Assembly: GCA_046538485.1 (NCBI GenBank)
Contig: JBKHIT010000008.1
Location: forward strand, 35,549-99,548
DNA length: 64,000 nucleotides
Direction of reading: 5' to 3'
Source: Candidatus Brocadiia bacterium
GTDB lineage: Bacteria > Planctomycetota > Brocadiia > SM23-32
Part shown: positions 10,040 through 20,342 of the stretch, piece after piece
Layout: every line of letters begins with the position of its first letter
How positions within the stretch are numbered: position 1 is the stretch's first letter
Program-made: the position numbers and the translations under genes
Notes under the pieces: generated by a model
Told to the model about the DNA's origin: nothing
Seen by the model: the letters and a program-made list of their open reading frames with translations, nothing else
Database searches by the model: none

Positions 10040-10903
10040 TTATTTCATAAACGGGCTGAACGGGCTGATAAACCATAAGAACAAACCCAGAAGGACCAAA
10101 AGAATAAGACAACACCAGCTGGCGTGTCTTCGTTCCCGATCCTCTTTCTGGGCCTGAGTTTCGACAGGTTCCTCCCGGGACTTCCTCTTTTCTTCTTTCT
10201 GCCTTTGCTTCTCACACCGTTGAAGATTTCGATACAGGCAGATGTTCACGGTGAGGCCAAACGGCACTCCAAGCAAGATCAAGAGCGAAAACCACGCATC
10301 TGTCAGCCCGATATGGATATAGCGGAGGAACATCGTCGGGATTAACACAACAAGGCCGGCGGCGGCAAGAATAACAAGAAGGGCCAGAACCCGCCAGAAA
10401 TTCGGACGGATCAGCTCCTGGCTACGCTTGAGCGCTCTCCCGGCCCGTCGCCGGCCAAGAACGCTTTCGCAAGGTCCCAGAATGTATACAACCCCCAGAT
10501 AGATCCCGGGAATAATCAGCAATAAATATCCGACTGCAATTGCAAGGAGATACACCAGAGAGCAGACGAAGTAGTCCCACCAGTACCCCAAACCGCTTTT
10601 CAGTGCTTCCAAAACGTTGGGCGTCTTGTTCTCGCGCCGCGCAGCGTCAATTGCCACGATCAGCGAAGCAGACACCCAACAGAGCAATAATCTCTGGATC
10701 AGAAAAACGCCGAATTTGGAGCCGATGCCTGGCCAGTCGCTCACGGGAACGATCCTGGAGCTGGCCCGGCCCAACGCATAAATAGCAGCTCCCACCAGTG
10801 ATATTTTCAGGAGAGTCGCCCAGTGTGTCAGGAATATGGTCACTGCTTCCCGTATAATCCCTATGACGTCAATCTTACGCGACGGAAACTCTTTTTCGTT
10901 CAT
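10040..10903 (-). CDS. Polytopic membrane protein, unknown function
   Basis: ORF track, 287 aa. It has several long hydrophobic segments (e.g. LLKISLVGAAIYALG, LVYLLAIAVGYLLLIIPGIYLGVVYIL, VLALLVILAAAGLVVLIPTMF), a K/E-rich tail and a final hydrophobic helix. Confidence 0.65.
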   Translation of the reverse strand: MNEKEFPSRKIDVIGIIREAVTIFLTHWATLLKISLVGAAIYALGRASSRIVPVSDWPGIGSKFGVFLIQRLLLCWVSASLIVAIDAARRENKTPNVLEALKSGLGYWWDYFVCSLVYLLAIAVGYLLLIIPGIYLGVVYILGPCESVLGRRRAGRALKRSQELIRPNFWRVLALLVILAAAGLVVLIPTMFLRYIHIGLTDAWFSLLILLGVPFGLTVNICLYRNLQRCEKQRQKEEKRKSREEPVETQAQKEDRERRHASWCCLILLVLLGLFLWFISPFSPFMK

Positions 10904-11362
10904 AATAATTCCTGCCCCACAATCTTTGACGATCCTCCGGTAGCATAATATCCCAAAGCGAAGCCGTTTGAAAATGCAATCGATGCTACCACGCAGGAGT
11001 TACAGTCCGATTTCTTAAGCGGTATTTGGGGAATTTGTCAGAAAGAAAGCGTTCTCCGGCGGCTTGCCAGAACGCCCCTGTTCAGCCTGACGTCCGGGCC
11101 AAATAGGTTATTGCGAGGCCGGCGTTCGGCGCGGCGGAGCAATCCTTCTGGGCCACGGTTGGTTTACCCCATCCGGCTTCTGTTTTTCTTTCAGTCAATC
11201 GGTTCCCCTCTGGAGCCAGGCACCCCGATAGCCATGCAATGTGCGTTCGCTCCTGATCAGCCAGGATGAGAACAGAGCCCCCCGCGGGGGGCGATTCAGA
11301 CGAGATATTCCCCCTCGCACTTTATCGCGAGTTTACCGAAAGCGCCCCATATTGCGGGCAGC

Positions 11363-12289
11363 CTACGGCGCTTCCTTCGGGCAGTAAAGATTAACGTACC
11401 GCATTTCGCTGTCCCTCTCCAGTATCAGATCGGCTCGTTCGCGGGTCGACGCGCACAATTCGTAATTGGGCCTGTCAACCCGCTCGAAATGTCGACGCGC
11501 ATCCTCAGGATCCCGGCCGCCGCGGATGTGCCGCTGGATGATCCTGGATTTGATTGCCTCAAAAGGGGTATCAAGAAAAAGCGACACATCAAGATAATCG
11601 GCCACAGAAGCCCATTCCTCACCCCCGAACAGCAAAAAATTGCCTTCCACAAGGGCAATCGAATGCTCCGGTCGGACGGGAACGCGGGAACGGACGGGTT
11701 CATGCAGCTCACGGTCGTAAGCGGGGACATCAATGGAATCCCCCTTCGAAACTTCTCGCAAAACATTTACGAACGACCGAACATCGAATGTTTCAGGCCT
11801 GCCCTTAAGTTCCTGCAGCCCGTGCTCGGCAAGCCATTCATTGGAACGATGAAATCCGTCTAATGACATCATAGCGACGGCATCATCTGAACCAAGCAAC
11901 ACATCGATAACGCGTTTGAGGAGTGAACAAAAAACAGATTTGCCTCCGCCCGGTGGGCCTGCAATCCCCACCAACCTGCGGCCCGGATTGGCGTCAATGT
12001 TGCACAAACCGAGAGCCAGAGGAAGAATAAAACGCCACATCTCAACACGGGTCGTTTTGCATTCGATCTCGCGCCCATCCACATCCATTCGGCACGATGG
12101 GCAGAACTTTTCAACGCGTGGGAAGCCGTCCAGCAGGCTTTTGTCCGATGGGGAAACGATGAGGGGCGCCCGGGCAAGCACTTTCAGTGTCCGCCGAAGG
12201 TTAATATCATTCAAAACTTTCGATTTGAGTTTCCCGGAAAGCTCACCTCCATCGGCCAGCATTTTCAGGCGAGACCCCAGCTGCGTCAT
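11363..12289 (-). CDS. P-loop nucleoside/nucleotide kinase family protein (uridine kinase / PRK-like)
   Basis: Track ORF 11363..12382, trimmed to ATG 12289 (MTQLGSRLK...) to avoid overlap with the upstream gene. Walker A is GIAGPPGGGKS and a DGFH motif follows. Confidence 0.65.
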   Translation of the reverse strand: MTQLGSRLKMLADGGELSGKLKSKVLNDINLRRTLKVLARAPLIVSPSDKSLLDGFPRVEKFCPSCRMDVDGREIECKTTRVEMWRFILPLALGLCNIDANPGRRLVGIAGPPGGGKSVFCSLLKRVIDVLLGSDDAVAMMSLDGFHRSNEWLAEHGLQELKGRPETFDVRSFVNVLREVSKGDSIDVPAYDRELHEPVRSRVPVRPEHSIALVEGNFLLFGGEEWASVADYLDVSLFLDTPFEAIKSRIIQRHIRGGRDPEDARRHFERVDRPNYELCASTRERADLILERDSEMRYVNLYCPKEAP

Positions 12290-12329
12290 ACGTTTGACTC
12301 CCAAAAACCAGAACGATTTCTCGCGTGGT

Positions 12330-13406
12330 TTAATCCCGGGACAGCAGTTCGTCGGCCGTGTCGGGGTCGAGATTTTTTGCAATTTCGGTCAGCAATTCCA
12401 GCGTCGCATCGAAATCATCTACGTGGATGATGCCTGCGTGGCTGTGGATGTAGCGGGTGGGAATCCCCAGCACCACGCTGGCAACGCCTCTTGAATGGAG
12501 CTGGACCGCCCGCGCATCAGTCGCTCCCCCTTCAATGAGACTCAGCTGATGCGGGATTTCTTTCTCCTCTGCGATTTCCAGGACAAAATCGCGGAATCGT
12601 TTATGGGAAATCGTCCCGGCATCCAGCATATACAAAATTGGTCCCTTCCCGAGCTCTACTTTCGCCTCGTTTTCAATGCCCGGCACGTCGGTGGCAATTC
12701 CCACATCAAGCACGACACAGAAATCGGGATCGACCACGTCCGCCGATGTCTCGGCCCCGCGCGTCCCCACTTCCTCCTGGACCGTGCCGACACCGCAGAC
12801 GGTATTGGGGTGCTCGATTTCCTGGAGATCTTTCAGCAGCTCAATCATGAGTGCGCAGCCGACCCGGTCGTCCCAGGCTTTCCCCAGGAGATAATTCTCA
12901 TTCGCCATCTGACAGAATTGCTGCCGCGGGATGACAGGGTCGCCAATACGCACACCCCGCTCCTCGGCATCCTTTTTGTCCCTCGCTCCCACGTCGATAA
13001 ACATTTGTTTCTTCTTGATAAGCTTTTCGCGGTCCTCTTTGGGCATCATATGAGGCGGGGTACATCCGATAACACCCGGAATTTTGCCGTTGCGCGTGTG
13101 AACGACCACGTCGTGGCTCAACATGACCTGTTCGAGCCACCCGCCGAGCGTTGCAAACCGCAGACACCCGGTTTCGTCGATATCCTTAACAACAAACCCC
13201 ACTTCGTCCATATGGGCCGGAATCATAATGGACGGTTTGTCCTCGGTGCCTCTTTTACGACAGACCAGGCTGCCGAGATTGTCATTTTCGAATTCTACGG
13301 CACCTTTCAGCTCGGATTTGACACGGTTTCGCACCTCCGTCTCGAAACCCGAAACACCGTCCATTTCACTGAGTGTTTTGAGCAATTCGAGTGTGCTATC
13401 CTTCAT
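12330..13406 (-). CDS. M42 family metallo-aminopeptidase (FrvX / glutamyl aminopeptidase-like)
   Basis: ORF track, 358 aa. MKDSTLELLKTLSEMDGVSGFETEVRNRV..., MIPAHMDEVGFVV and a conserved acidic/His pattern are typical of M42. Confidence 0.8.
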   Translation of the reverse strand: MKDSTLELLKTLSEMDGVSGFETEVRNRVKSELKGAVEFENDNLGSLVCRKRGTEDKPSIMIPAHMDEVGFVVKDIDETGCLRFATLGGWLEQVMLSHDVVVHTRNGKIPGVIGCTPPHMMPKEDREKLIKKKQMFIDVGARDKKDAEERGVRIGDPVIPRQQFCQMANENYLLGKAWDDRVGCALMIELLKDLQEIEHPNTVCGVGTVQEEVGTRGAETSADVVDPDFCVVLDVGIATDVPGIENEAKVELGKGPILYMLDAGTISHKRFRDFVLEIAEEKEIPHQLSLIEGGATDARAVQLHSRGVASVVLGIPTRYIHSHAGIIHVDDFDATLELLTEIAKNLDPDTADELLSRD

Positions 13407-13640
13407 TATTTCTTCTCCTGCGGCAAAAAAAAAGGTCAGTATCCCACAACCTGTTCTGTAAACTCGTCGGGGACTACGTCCGGTGAGTCGCGCTATTATA
13501 AGACCCGTTGCGGCAATGTAAAATGCTTATCAGTAAATTGGCAGCAACCGGTTCTTGGGGACAAAAAGGCAAATCTTGAGCCGCGCGCAACGTGAACGGT
13601 CTCAGTATCGCTCCATTATCGCAAGCCTGGAAAACATTTT

Positions 13641-15107
13641 TTATGTTTCTTCCAGGTAGGGATTTTCCCCGTCGAGAAAGTGAATTTTCAGCATGTCTGT
13701 GCCGCCCGGGGTATTTGTTGATGCGCCGGCGATACAGACCATCGTATCTCCTATCTCGGCCATACCCAGTTCCAACAACCGAGCTTCCCCCCGCTCGATC
13801 ATCTCATCGGTGTTTCCGAAGATGGAAAACAATACCGGATGCACGCCCCAGACAAGACTCATACGACGAAATGTCGTTTCCTCGGGAGTCAGAGCGTAGA
13901 TCGGCTGCGAAGGCCTTTGCTGGGAGACAAACTGTGCCGTCCTGCCCGTTATGGTAAAAGCAACGATACCCTCTGCATTGATTTTTGTCGAAACATTCCG
14001 TGCCGCTTGTGCAAGAGCAAACTGCTGGGCCGTATCACTTTCGTCCCTTTCCAGTTCGTCAAAATCGCACTGAACTTCCTCCAATGCTTCCGCCTTCTCA
14101 GCAATGCGTGCCATAACACGAATCGTGACCACAGGGCGGTCCCCTATCGCGGTCTCACCACTCAACATAACGGCGTCGGTGCCGTCCAAAATGGCATTGG
14201 CCACATCCGTTGCCTCGGCCCGCGTCGGACGGTTCTGGTGAATCATCGATTCCAGCATCTGCGTCGCTGTGATAACCGGGACGCCGTGCAGATTTGCACG
14301 GCGGATGATTTGTTTTTGGACGATAGGGACTGTTTCGATCGGCATCTCAATACCCAGATCGCCCCTCGCCACCATGACCCCGTCGGCAACGCCCAGTATG
14401 TCGTCCAATTCTTCGACAGCTTCCGGACGTTCGATCTTCGCCACGATTGGAATCGGCCCGATGTTCTCGGATTCCATGTGCTGGCGAAGGCGCTCAATAT
14501 CCTCGGCTCGTCGTACAAAACTCAATGCCACATAATCAACGTGGTGGTCACGAGCAAACTGCAGGTCTTCCAGGTCTTTCTCGGTCGGTGGCGAGACCGA
14601 AAGATCGACATCGGGCAGGTTCATGCCTTCATGGGGGCCCAGTCTTCCCCCTTCAACGACGCGGCAAGTCACGGCGGGAGGATTCACTTCCGTTACTTCC
14701 AGCTCAATAAATCCATCCCGCAAAAGAATCCGATCACCAACTTCCGCGTCCTCAGCCAGATCCTCGTAGATGGTGGCAATTCTCTCAGCGGTCCCCTCAA
14801 AGTCTCCGGATTCGATCGTTACTGAACTGTTTGCTTCGAGTTCGACATACTCACTGTGCAGTTCACCGGTGCGGATTCTGGGGCCCTGCAGATCCTGCAT
14901 AACAGCGATTGGACGGTTTTCTTCCTCTGCCGCATCGCGGATTTTTTCCAGCATTTCGGCATGCCACTGGCGTGTTCCGTGGGAAAAATTGAGCCGGAAC
15001 ACAGCTGCGCCCGCTTTTATCATCTGCCTGAGGACGGCCGTCGATTCGCAGGCCGGTCCAACGGTAGCAACAATTTTCGTGCGTCGCCCCTGTTTTTTCT
15101 GAACCAT
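13641..15107 (-). CDS. pyk: Pyruvate kinase
   Basis: Track ORF 13641..15170, trimmed to ATG 15107 (MVQKKQGRRTKIVATVGPACES...). Shows FRLNFSHG, MVARGDLG and a C-terminal regulatory domain. The start lies 1 nt after the stop of the upstream protease gene. Confidence 0.9.
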   Translation of the reverse strand: MVQKKQGRRTKIVATVGPACESTAVLRQMIKAGAAVFRLNFSHGTRQWHAEMLEKIRDAAEEENRPIAVMQDLQGPRIRTGELHSEYVELEANSSVTIESGDFEGTAERIATIYEDLAEDAEVGDRILLRDGFIELEVTEVNPPAVTCRVVEGGRLGPHEGMNLPDVDLSVSPPTEKDLEDLQFARDHHVDYVALSFVRRAEDIERLRQHMESENIGPIPIVAKIERPEAVEELDDILGVADGVMVARGDLGIEMPIETVPIVQKQIIRRANLHGVPVITATQMLESMIHQNRPTRAEATDVANAILDGTDAVMLSGETAIGDRPVVTIRVMARIAEKAEALEEVQCDFDELERDESDTAQQFALAQAARNVSTKINAEGIVAFTITGRTAQFVSQQRPSQPIYALTPEETTFRRMSLVWGVHPVLFSIFGNTDEMIERGEARLLELGMAEIGDTMVCIAGASTNTPGGTDMLKIHFLDGENPYLEET

Positions 15108-15108
15108 T

Positions 15109-16362
15109 CTATTTCTCAATTTTGCTGGACAAGAACTGGATAGCGCGATCCCATTGATCTTTGCGGGCACGTTCCAGTTTCTCTCGCCATTTTTTTGCCG
15201 CTTCTAAACTTTGTTCCTGGGATGGAGGAGCAATTTCTCCTACAACGATATCCGGCTCAATGCCGTCGCCGATGGTCCTGTTCTTACCCGCGGTATAATG
15301 GGCAACCGTCAACATCATACCGGAACCATCGGGAAGGACAAAAATCCGGTTGACCGCTCCCTTGCCGAAAGTTTTCGCCCCGATCAACGTCGCACGGCCG
15401 TGATCCTGAAGCGCCCCGCCCATTACTTCCGAAGCACTGGCGCTCCGATTATTGACCAGAATGGCTATGGGAATCTCATCCGTAACCATAGTCTCACTGG
15501 AAGCTTTGAACGTTTTCGTCTCGTCACTCACCCGGCTGTCCAGGCTGGCAATTACGCCGCTACTGAGAAACAGATCGCAGATATCAACCGCCGCGCTGAG
15601 CAAACCACCGCTGTTACCACGCAGATCGATCAGAATGGCTCCCCACTTTTCTGCTTTCTTAAAATCTCTCAGAGCCTTTTTTACATCTTCCACGCAATGT
15701 TCATCAAATTGCTTCAGCTCGATATAACCGATTCCCTTTTCAAGCATGCGCGATTTAACGCTATCGACCCGGATTTTTTCGCGCTTCAGGGAAACGACTT
15801 CTTCCTTTCCTTTTTCGACGCGGCGAATATTGAGCGTCAGTTCTGTCCCAACTTTCCCACGAATCCTGGCAATCATCTCCTCAAAACTCATCTCAGATGT
15901 GGATTGGCCATTGACACCAATAATGGCATCGCCTACCTGTATGTTGGCTTTTTCAGCGGGGCTCTCGGGCTGGGTTTCCATCACGACTCCGCCACCGTTC
16001 TGCGGAGTCACGATAATGCCTATACCCCCGAATTCGCCTTCTGTGATAACCTCACTGTTTCTGACCTGGAAATCGCTCAGGTACGCGCTGAACGGATCGT
16101 TGAGGCTCTGAACCATGCCTCGCATTGCCGCTTCATAAAGCTCATCCTGGGCGGTTTCTCCAGCGTAATGGCGTGGGATGGTTTTGAGAGCGGTGCTGAA
16201 AGCCGTTGCCTTCTTCTCGAGTTCTGAAGAGGGGGTCCTGACCAAAATGAGACGAACTATCAGCCCCAGAGACAGGAAGGCCAGCAGCAAACTGAGCAGC
16301 GGAAGGTGGCGGTAACGGGAAACTCCCCCTTCCGATTGTGGATCATCCGACATGGGCCTCAT
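15109..16362 (-). CDS. Carboxy-terminal processing protease (S41 family) with PDZ domain
   Basis: ORF track, 417 aa. Has an N-terminal membrane anchor, a PDZ domain (GGIGIIV..PAEKANIQVGDAIIGVNG), the S41 block LIDLRGNSGGLL and TFGKGAV. Confidence 0.88.
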   Translation of the reverse strand: MRPMSDDPQSEGGVSRYRHLPLLSLLLAFLSLGLIVRLILVRTPSSELEKKATAFSTALKTIPRHYAGETAQDELYEAAMRGMVQSLNDPFSAYLSDFQVRNSEVITEGEFGGIGIIVTPQNGGGVVMETQPESPAEKANIQVGDAIIGVNGQSTSEMSFEEMIARIRGKVGTELTLNIRRVEKGKEEVVSLKREKIRVDSVKSRMLEKGIGYIELKQFDEHCVEDVKKALRDFKKAEKWGAILIDLRGNSGGLLSAAVDICDLFLSSGVIASLDSRVSDETKTFKASSETMVTDEIPIAILVNNRSASASEVMGGALQDHGRATLIGAKTFGKGAVNRIFVLPDGSGMMLTVAHYTAGKNRTIGDGIEPDIVVGEIAPPSQEQSLEAAKKWREKLERARKDQWDRAIQFLSSKIEK

Positions 16363-17069
16363 CCATCAGGAGTCTCGGGAACGTGGGAATAATCCTGCCC
16401 GGAGAAAAGGACTCGGCTCAACCGAGCACCATCCTCTCGGTTGATCACGTAGAGCTCGTAAGATCCTTTCTGCAATTCGATCCCGCTTTCACCGGCAAGT
16501 TCGAGCCAATGCCACCATTTCTTCGTCCCGTCGGTTACCATAAAGCTCTGTCCCTTTTCCTCTGTTTTTTCCCGGAGTGAGAAATCGAAAGAATTCGCGC
16601 AGGAATCTTCCCACCAGACTCTAACCCAGGGGTAATACGTCCCGGATTCTTCGACTTCAAAGGTGTATTTCGCTTTGTGAACCGCAGGATCATCACCTTC
16701 GCCGCATGTGTTGTCTTTGACATAGACAAATTCCACCGTGGCCTGCGTCCCCTCCGGGGTAAGTTCGTCCTTATTATCGTCCGCTTTCGCGATTTCCATT
16801 TTCCCGTGGAGGGATTCGGCATCGGCCGCCTTGATAAGAATTCTGGAAGACGGCTGGAATTGATCCCATCCTGAGAGATCCGGGGCGTCGCTGTTATTTT
16901 TTTCCCCGGGAGCGTTCTCATTGCCAGAAAGATCTGCCACCGCATTACCCCCGTTCCTGTCAGTACTCGGGCCCCCTGTGAAAGCCAGCACAAACACCAC
17001 AATAATAACAGCAACAATCCCCCCAAGGGTGACCGGTGAAAAACTCTTATTATTTCCTCGCTCGGACAT
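16359..17069 (-). CDS. Membrane-anchored/secreted hypothetical protein with a ~150-aa beta-sandwich-like domain shared with 24870..26375
   Basis: Track ORF 16359..17219, trimmed to ATG 17069 (MSERGNNKSFSPVTLGGIVAVIIVVFVLAF is an N-terminal anchor). The C-terminal domain ...YYPWVRVWWEDSCANSFDF...KKWWHWLEL...YVINREDGARLSRVLF is paralogous to the protein at 25014-25415. Its stop overlaps the S41 protease start (ATGA). Confidence 0.65.
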   Translation of the reverse strand: MSERGNNKSFSPVTLGGIVAVIIVVFVLAFTGGPSTDRNGGNAVADLSGNENAPGEKNNSDAPDLSGWDQFQPSSRILIKAADAESLHGKMEIAKADDNKDELTPEGTQATVEFVYVKDNTCGEGDDPAVHKAKYTFEVEESGTYYPWVRVWWEDSCANSFDFSLREKTEEKGQSFMVTDGTKKWWHWLELAGESGIELQKGSYELYVINREDGARLSRVLFSGQDYSHVPETPDG

Positions 17070-17331
17070 CTCAACATCTCCCGGCGTTCTGTGGATCCAG
17101 CATGAATTCAGAAAATAAACTCCCCCGAGATTCGGCATCCAATCTATAATAATGTTACCAGACCCACCAGCAGGGGGCAAACGCCGTCCTGCAAGCAAGA
17201 ACGCCGCGTATCTACACATTCATGGTATTTCTTTGATGAGGAAACTATCAGCCGCCATAGTCCTCACTTACCCACATGCCGAGGGCCCCGCGGCGTAAAA
17301 AATGGCCTCTGGGAGAGATGAAGGCAGACGA

Positions 17332-18099
17332 TCACCAGTAAATCCCATAGGACGTACCCGCGCCAAAGCGGAACCGTAGTTGTACCTCGGAGTGGTTCTT
17401 CCACTCGGCGTGAAGATCGGCGTAGAGGTAATTCGCCCCCAGGTCCTTCCTGTGCATCGGCAGGCGTCCGGCGAACCAAAAACGGTTCAGGTACGGGGTC
17501 GGACAACGGTACGTGCCGTTCTTATCCGGCGGCACAGAATAACCATCGTAAGCAATCGGTTGTTGTGTCGCCCGTTCAATGAAAGCCCCACCGAAGGTAT
17601 CCCCCAGCATCCTGAAACTCGGAAGCGGACGCGCCGCTCCCCCCCGCATGCGCCACCCGTAGAACTCCGCGCTCATCCCGTGGTCGGGACCGTGTCCCAG
17701 AATGGTATAGTAAGATGACATCACCGCACCGTTCCCCCGGAGCCCTCCTATGGGGTCCCCCATATCATTGCTCGCAGTGTGGGTCGGCTCGGTATCCGTC
17801 GGGCACCGGAATACCTCATCACTGCTGAAATAGCTGTCAAGGGGCTGATAGCTGGTGGGAGAATTGCAGCTGCGGTATCCGGCCGGCGCCTGGACGGGGT
17901 TCGCAAGGTACGGCCCCCAGCTATTATAATCGTCAGAATATGCCATCTGCCCCAGGCCCATCTGGTGAAGGTTGCTGAGGCATGCGGCGCGATATGCACT
18001 CCGACGCGCCTTCTCAAGGGCCGGCATAAGGAGCGCCGCCAATATAGCTATAATGGCAATAACCACCAACAACTCGATCAGAGTGAAACCTCGCGTCAT
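17332..18099 (-). CDS. Prepilin-type N-terminal cleavage/methylation domain protein (DUF1559-like pseudopilin)
   Basis: Track ORF 17332..18198, trimmed to ATG 18099 ([51 protein letters not shown]). C-terminal ...[11 protein letters not shown] resembles the conserved His-containing C-terminal block of this family. Confidence 0.8.
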   Translation of the reverse strand: MTRGFTLIELLVVIAIIAILAALLMPALEKARRSAYRAACLSNLHQMGLGQMAYSDDYNSWGPYLANPVQAPAGYRSCNSPTSYQPLDSYFSSDEVFRCPTDTEPTHTASNDMGDPIGGLRGNGAVMSSYYTILGHGPDHGMSAEFYGWRMRGGAARPLPSFRMLGDTFGGAFIERATQQPIAYDGYSVPPDKNGTYRCPTPYLNRFWFAGRLPMHRKDLGANYLYADLHAEWKNHSEVQLRFRFGAGTSYGIYW

Positions 18100-18386
18100 C
18101 GCGTTCCTCCCAATACCCTCCCTGCTATGCAACATATTGTCCGCCCGTGTGCCGAACCCGCAGAACACGGCTTCCAGTACCAGAGATACCCCTCCCAAAA
18201 GCGTCTATTTCGCGTAATCAAGTCCTGCCTCGGGATGATCATCATGATGCACAGTCCCTTCGAATTTGTCAAACGTTCTTTTTCCTTACCACAGGGCAAA
18301 AGGCTTTGAAAATGCACTCAAACACCCATATTATACGGTAGGAGTTACCGTGCATTTACCTCAACGATCGAACTGGAGGAAGCACC

Positions 18387-20342
18387 GTGCAATATGACAT
18401 TCTTGGTAAAACCGAATTGAAGGTCTCGCGACTCGGTTTCGGATGTATGCGCCTGCCAATGAAAGACAAAACCGAAGTCGATCGAGAAAAAGCAATCCCT
18501 ATGCTCCATCGAGCCCGGGAACTGGGCATTAATCTGTTCGATACCGCCGTCGGTTACTGCGCCGGGGATAGCCAGAGGACAGTCGGCGAAGCGTTCGAAA
18601 ATGTTCGCGATAAAATCGTCCTCTCAACAAAAAACCACCACTACGATAAAAACGATAAAGACGGTTGGTGGAAACACCTGGAAAATAGCCTTGAAAGACT
18701 CAGAACCGACCACATCGACATCTATAACCACCACGGCATAAGTTACAACCGGTATCAGGAAAGCGTCGCAGGTGACGACGGGCTCTACCAGGAGATGCTC
18801 AAGGCGAAAGAACAGGGACTCATCCGGCATATCTGTTTCTCATTTCATGGCCCCAACGACCAACTTATGAAACTGGTGGATACGGGCCGCTTCGATACCG
18901 TCATCTGCCAGTACAATCTGCTGGATCGACACCTCGAAGACGCCATCGCCCACGCTTCCGAAAGCGGAATGGGCGTTCTGATCATGGGACCCGTCGGCGG
19001 CGGGCGTCTGGGTTACCCGAGCGATAAAGCCGCCAGTCTCGTCGGCGAGGTTAAAAGCACCCCGGACCTCGCACTGCGGTTCGTGCTCTCAAACGAAAAT
19101 GTCAACGTGGCACTGTCGGGTATGTCGAATATGCAGATGCTCGAAGAGAATGTCGAGACGGTCTCCTCCGCCGAACAACTGAGCGAAAAAGACCACCAGC
19201 AAATCAAAGAAGCGATCGAAGAGCGAAAAAAACTGGCCGGCCTCTACTGCACCGGTTGCAATTACTGCATGCCCTGCCCCGCCGGTGTCGATATCCCCGC
19301 AAATTTCGAAATCCTGAATCTCGAACGGGTCTTCGGACTGACCGATCACGCAAAGAAAAAATATCAAAATCTTGAGGGAAAAGCCGCTTACTGCATGCAA
19401 TGCGGACAGTGCCTGGAGGAATGCCCCCAGGACATCAATATCCCGCAACGCCTGGGAGAAGCGGTTAAAACCCTCGATCCGCGTGCCGGTCGCCTGGGAG
19501 GCTGGAGTTACCTCCGCTCCGCAGAACGCACCGAGGAGACCACAAACCTTCAAATTCGATACGTTTTGAAGAATTTCGCCGATGAGACTCGGAACGCGGA
19601 TCTGCAGTTCCAGCCGCACGGCGAAGACCGGGTCCAACCACAAAAACTTACCGTGGAAGAACTGAAACCCTACCACCGCAAAAAAATCGACCTCGAACTG
19701 TTACAACCGCGAAACGTTTCTTCTTACAATCTGGATGCTGTTGTCAGCTGGGATGGCGAAATAACGACGGAGCATCTATCCGAAATGGTGATCTGTGCAT
19801 CCAGAACCGAAGGATTTGAACTCAAAGCAGGTGAAATCGAAGGCCCGGCCGTGCATGTCCCCGCCCCCACCCATCCTATCCATAGCGCCGACTACACGCC
19901 TGAGACGACGTTTGATTTCGGCGTGTGTTACGACGAGCAAAACCTTTATATTGGGGTTGATGTCGACGCCGCCGATGAGGAAGAGGATATCGGGGCGGTG
20001 ATGGTGTATCTCGATACGCGGAAACCGGAGGAACTGTGTCGCGGTTCCTACGAGGAAGGCGTCACGAAAATCGCGCTCCACCCGCCGGCGGAGACGGAAA
20101 AGGCAGGGGCTGAGACCGATCTGGACCTGGGATTGGATCATGTGGCGACCGACAGGGGTTACGCGTTCGCCTGTGCGATTCCCTGGGAAGAATTGTGTCA
20201 GGATGACGATAGTCCGTCCGTGGCCGGATTCGATATCGGGTTGCGCTGTCAGGTCGGGGGAAAAAAGGTGCTTCTCAACTGGACGGGACGCCCGGGCGGC
20301 GACAAAGATCCATCCGCTTTCGGGAAGCTCGCGATGGTGTAA
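18387..20342 (+). CDS. Aldo/keto reductase with 4Fe-4S-binding segment and an extra ~250-aa C-terminal CBM9/DOMON-like domain
   Basis: ORF track, 651 aa. GTG start is preceded by GGAGGA. The AKR N-terminus is LGKTELKVSRLGFGCMRLP...LFDTAVGY. Cys clusters are CTGCNYCMPCP and CMQCGQCLEECP. C-terminal ...DFGVCYDEQNLYIGVDV...GYAFACAIPWEEL...AFGKLAMV resembles family-9 carbohydrate-binding-like modules. Confidence 0.8.
   Translation: MQYDILGKTELKVSRLGFGCMRLPMKDKTEVDREKAIPMLHRARELGINLFDTAVGYCAGDSQRTVGEAFENVRDKIVLSTKNHHYDKNDKDGWWKHLENSLERLRTDHIDIYNHHGISYNRYQESVAGDDGLYQEMLKAKEQGLIRHICFSFHGPNDQLMKLVDTGRFDTVICQYNLLDRHLEDAIAHASESGMGVLIMGPVGGGRLGYPSDKAASLVGEVKSTPDLALRFVLSNENVNVALSGMSNMQMLEENVETVSSAEQLSEKDHQQIKEAIEERKKLAGLYCTGCNYCMPCPAGVDIPANFEILNLERVFGLTDHAKKKYQNLEGKAAYCMQCGQCLEECPQDINIPQRLGEAVKTLDPRAGRLGGWSYLRSAERTEETTNLQIRYVLKNFADETRNADLQFQPHGEDRVQPQKLTVEELKPYHRKKIDLELLQPRNVSSYNLDAVVSWDGEITTEHLSEMVICASRTEGFELKAGEIEGPAVHVPAPTHPIHSADYTPETTFDFGVCYDEQNLYIGVDVDAADEEEDIGAVMVYLDTRKPEELCRGSYEEGVTKIALHPPAETEKAGAETDLDLGLDHVATDRGYAFACAIPWEELCQDDDSPSVAGFDIGLRCQVGGKKVLLNWTGRPGGDKDPSAFGKLAMV

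Noticed and set aside
12495-13595. 366-aa plus-strand ORF
   Set aside because: It is antisense to the M42 peptidase gene. Shadow ORF.
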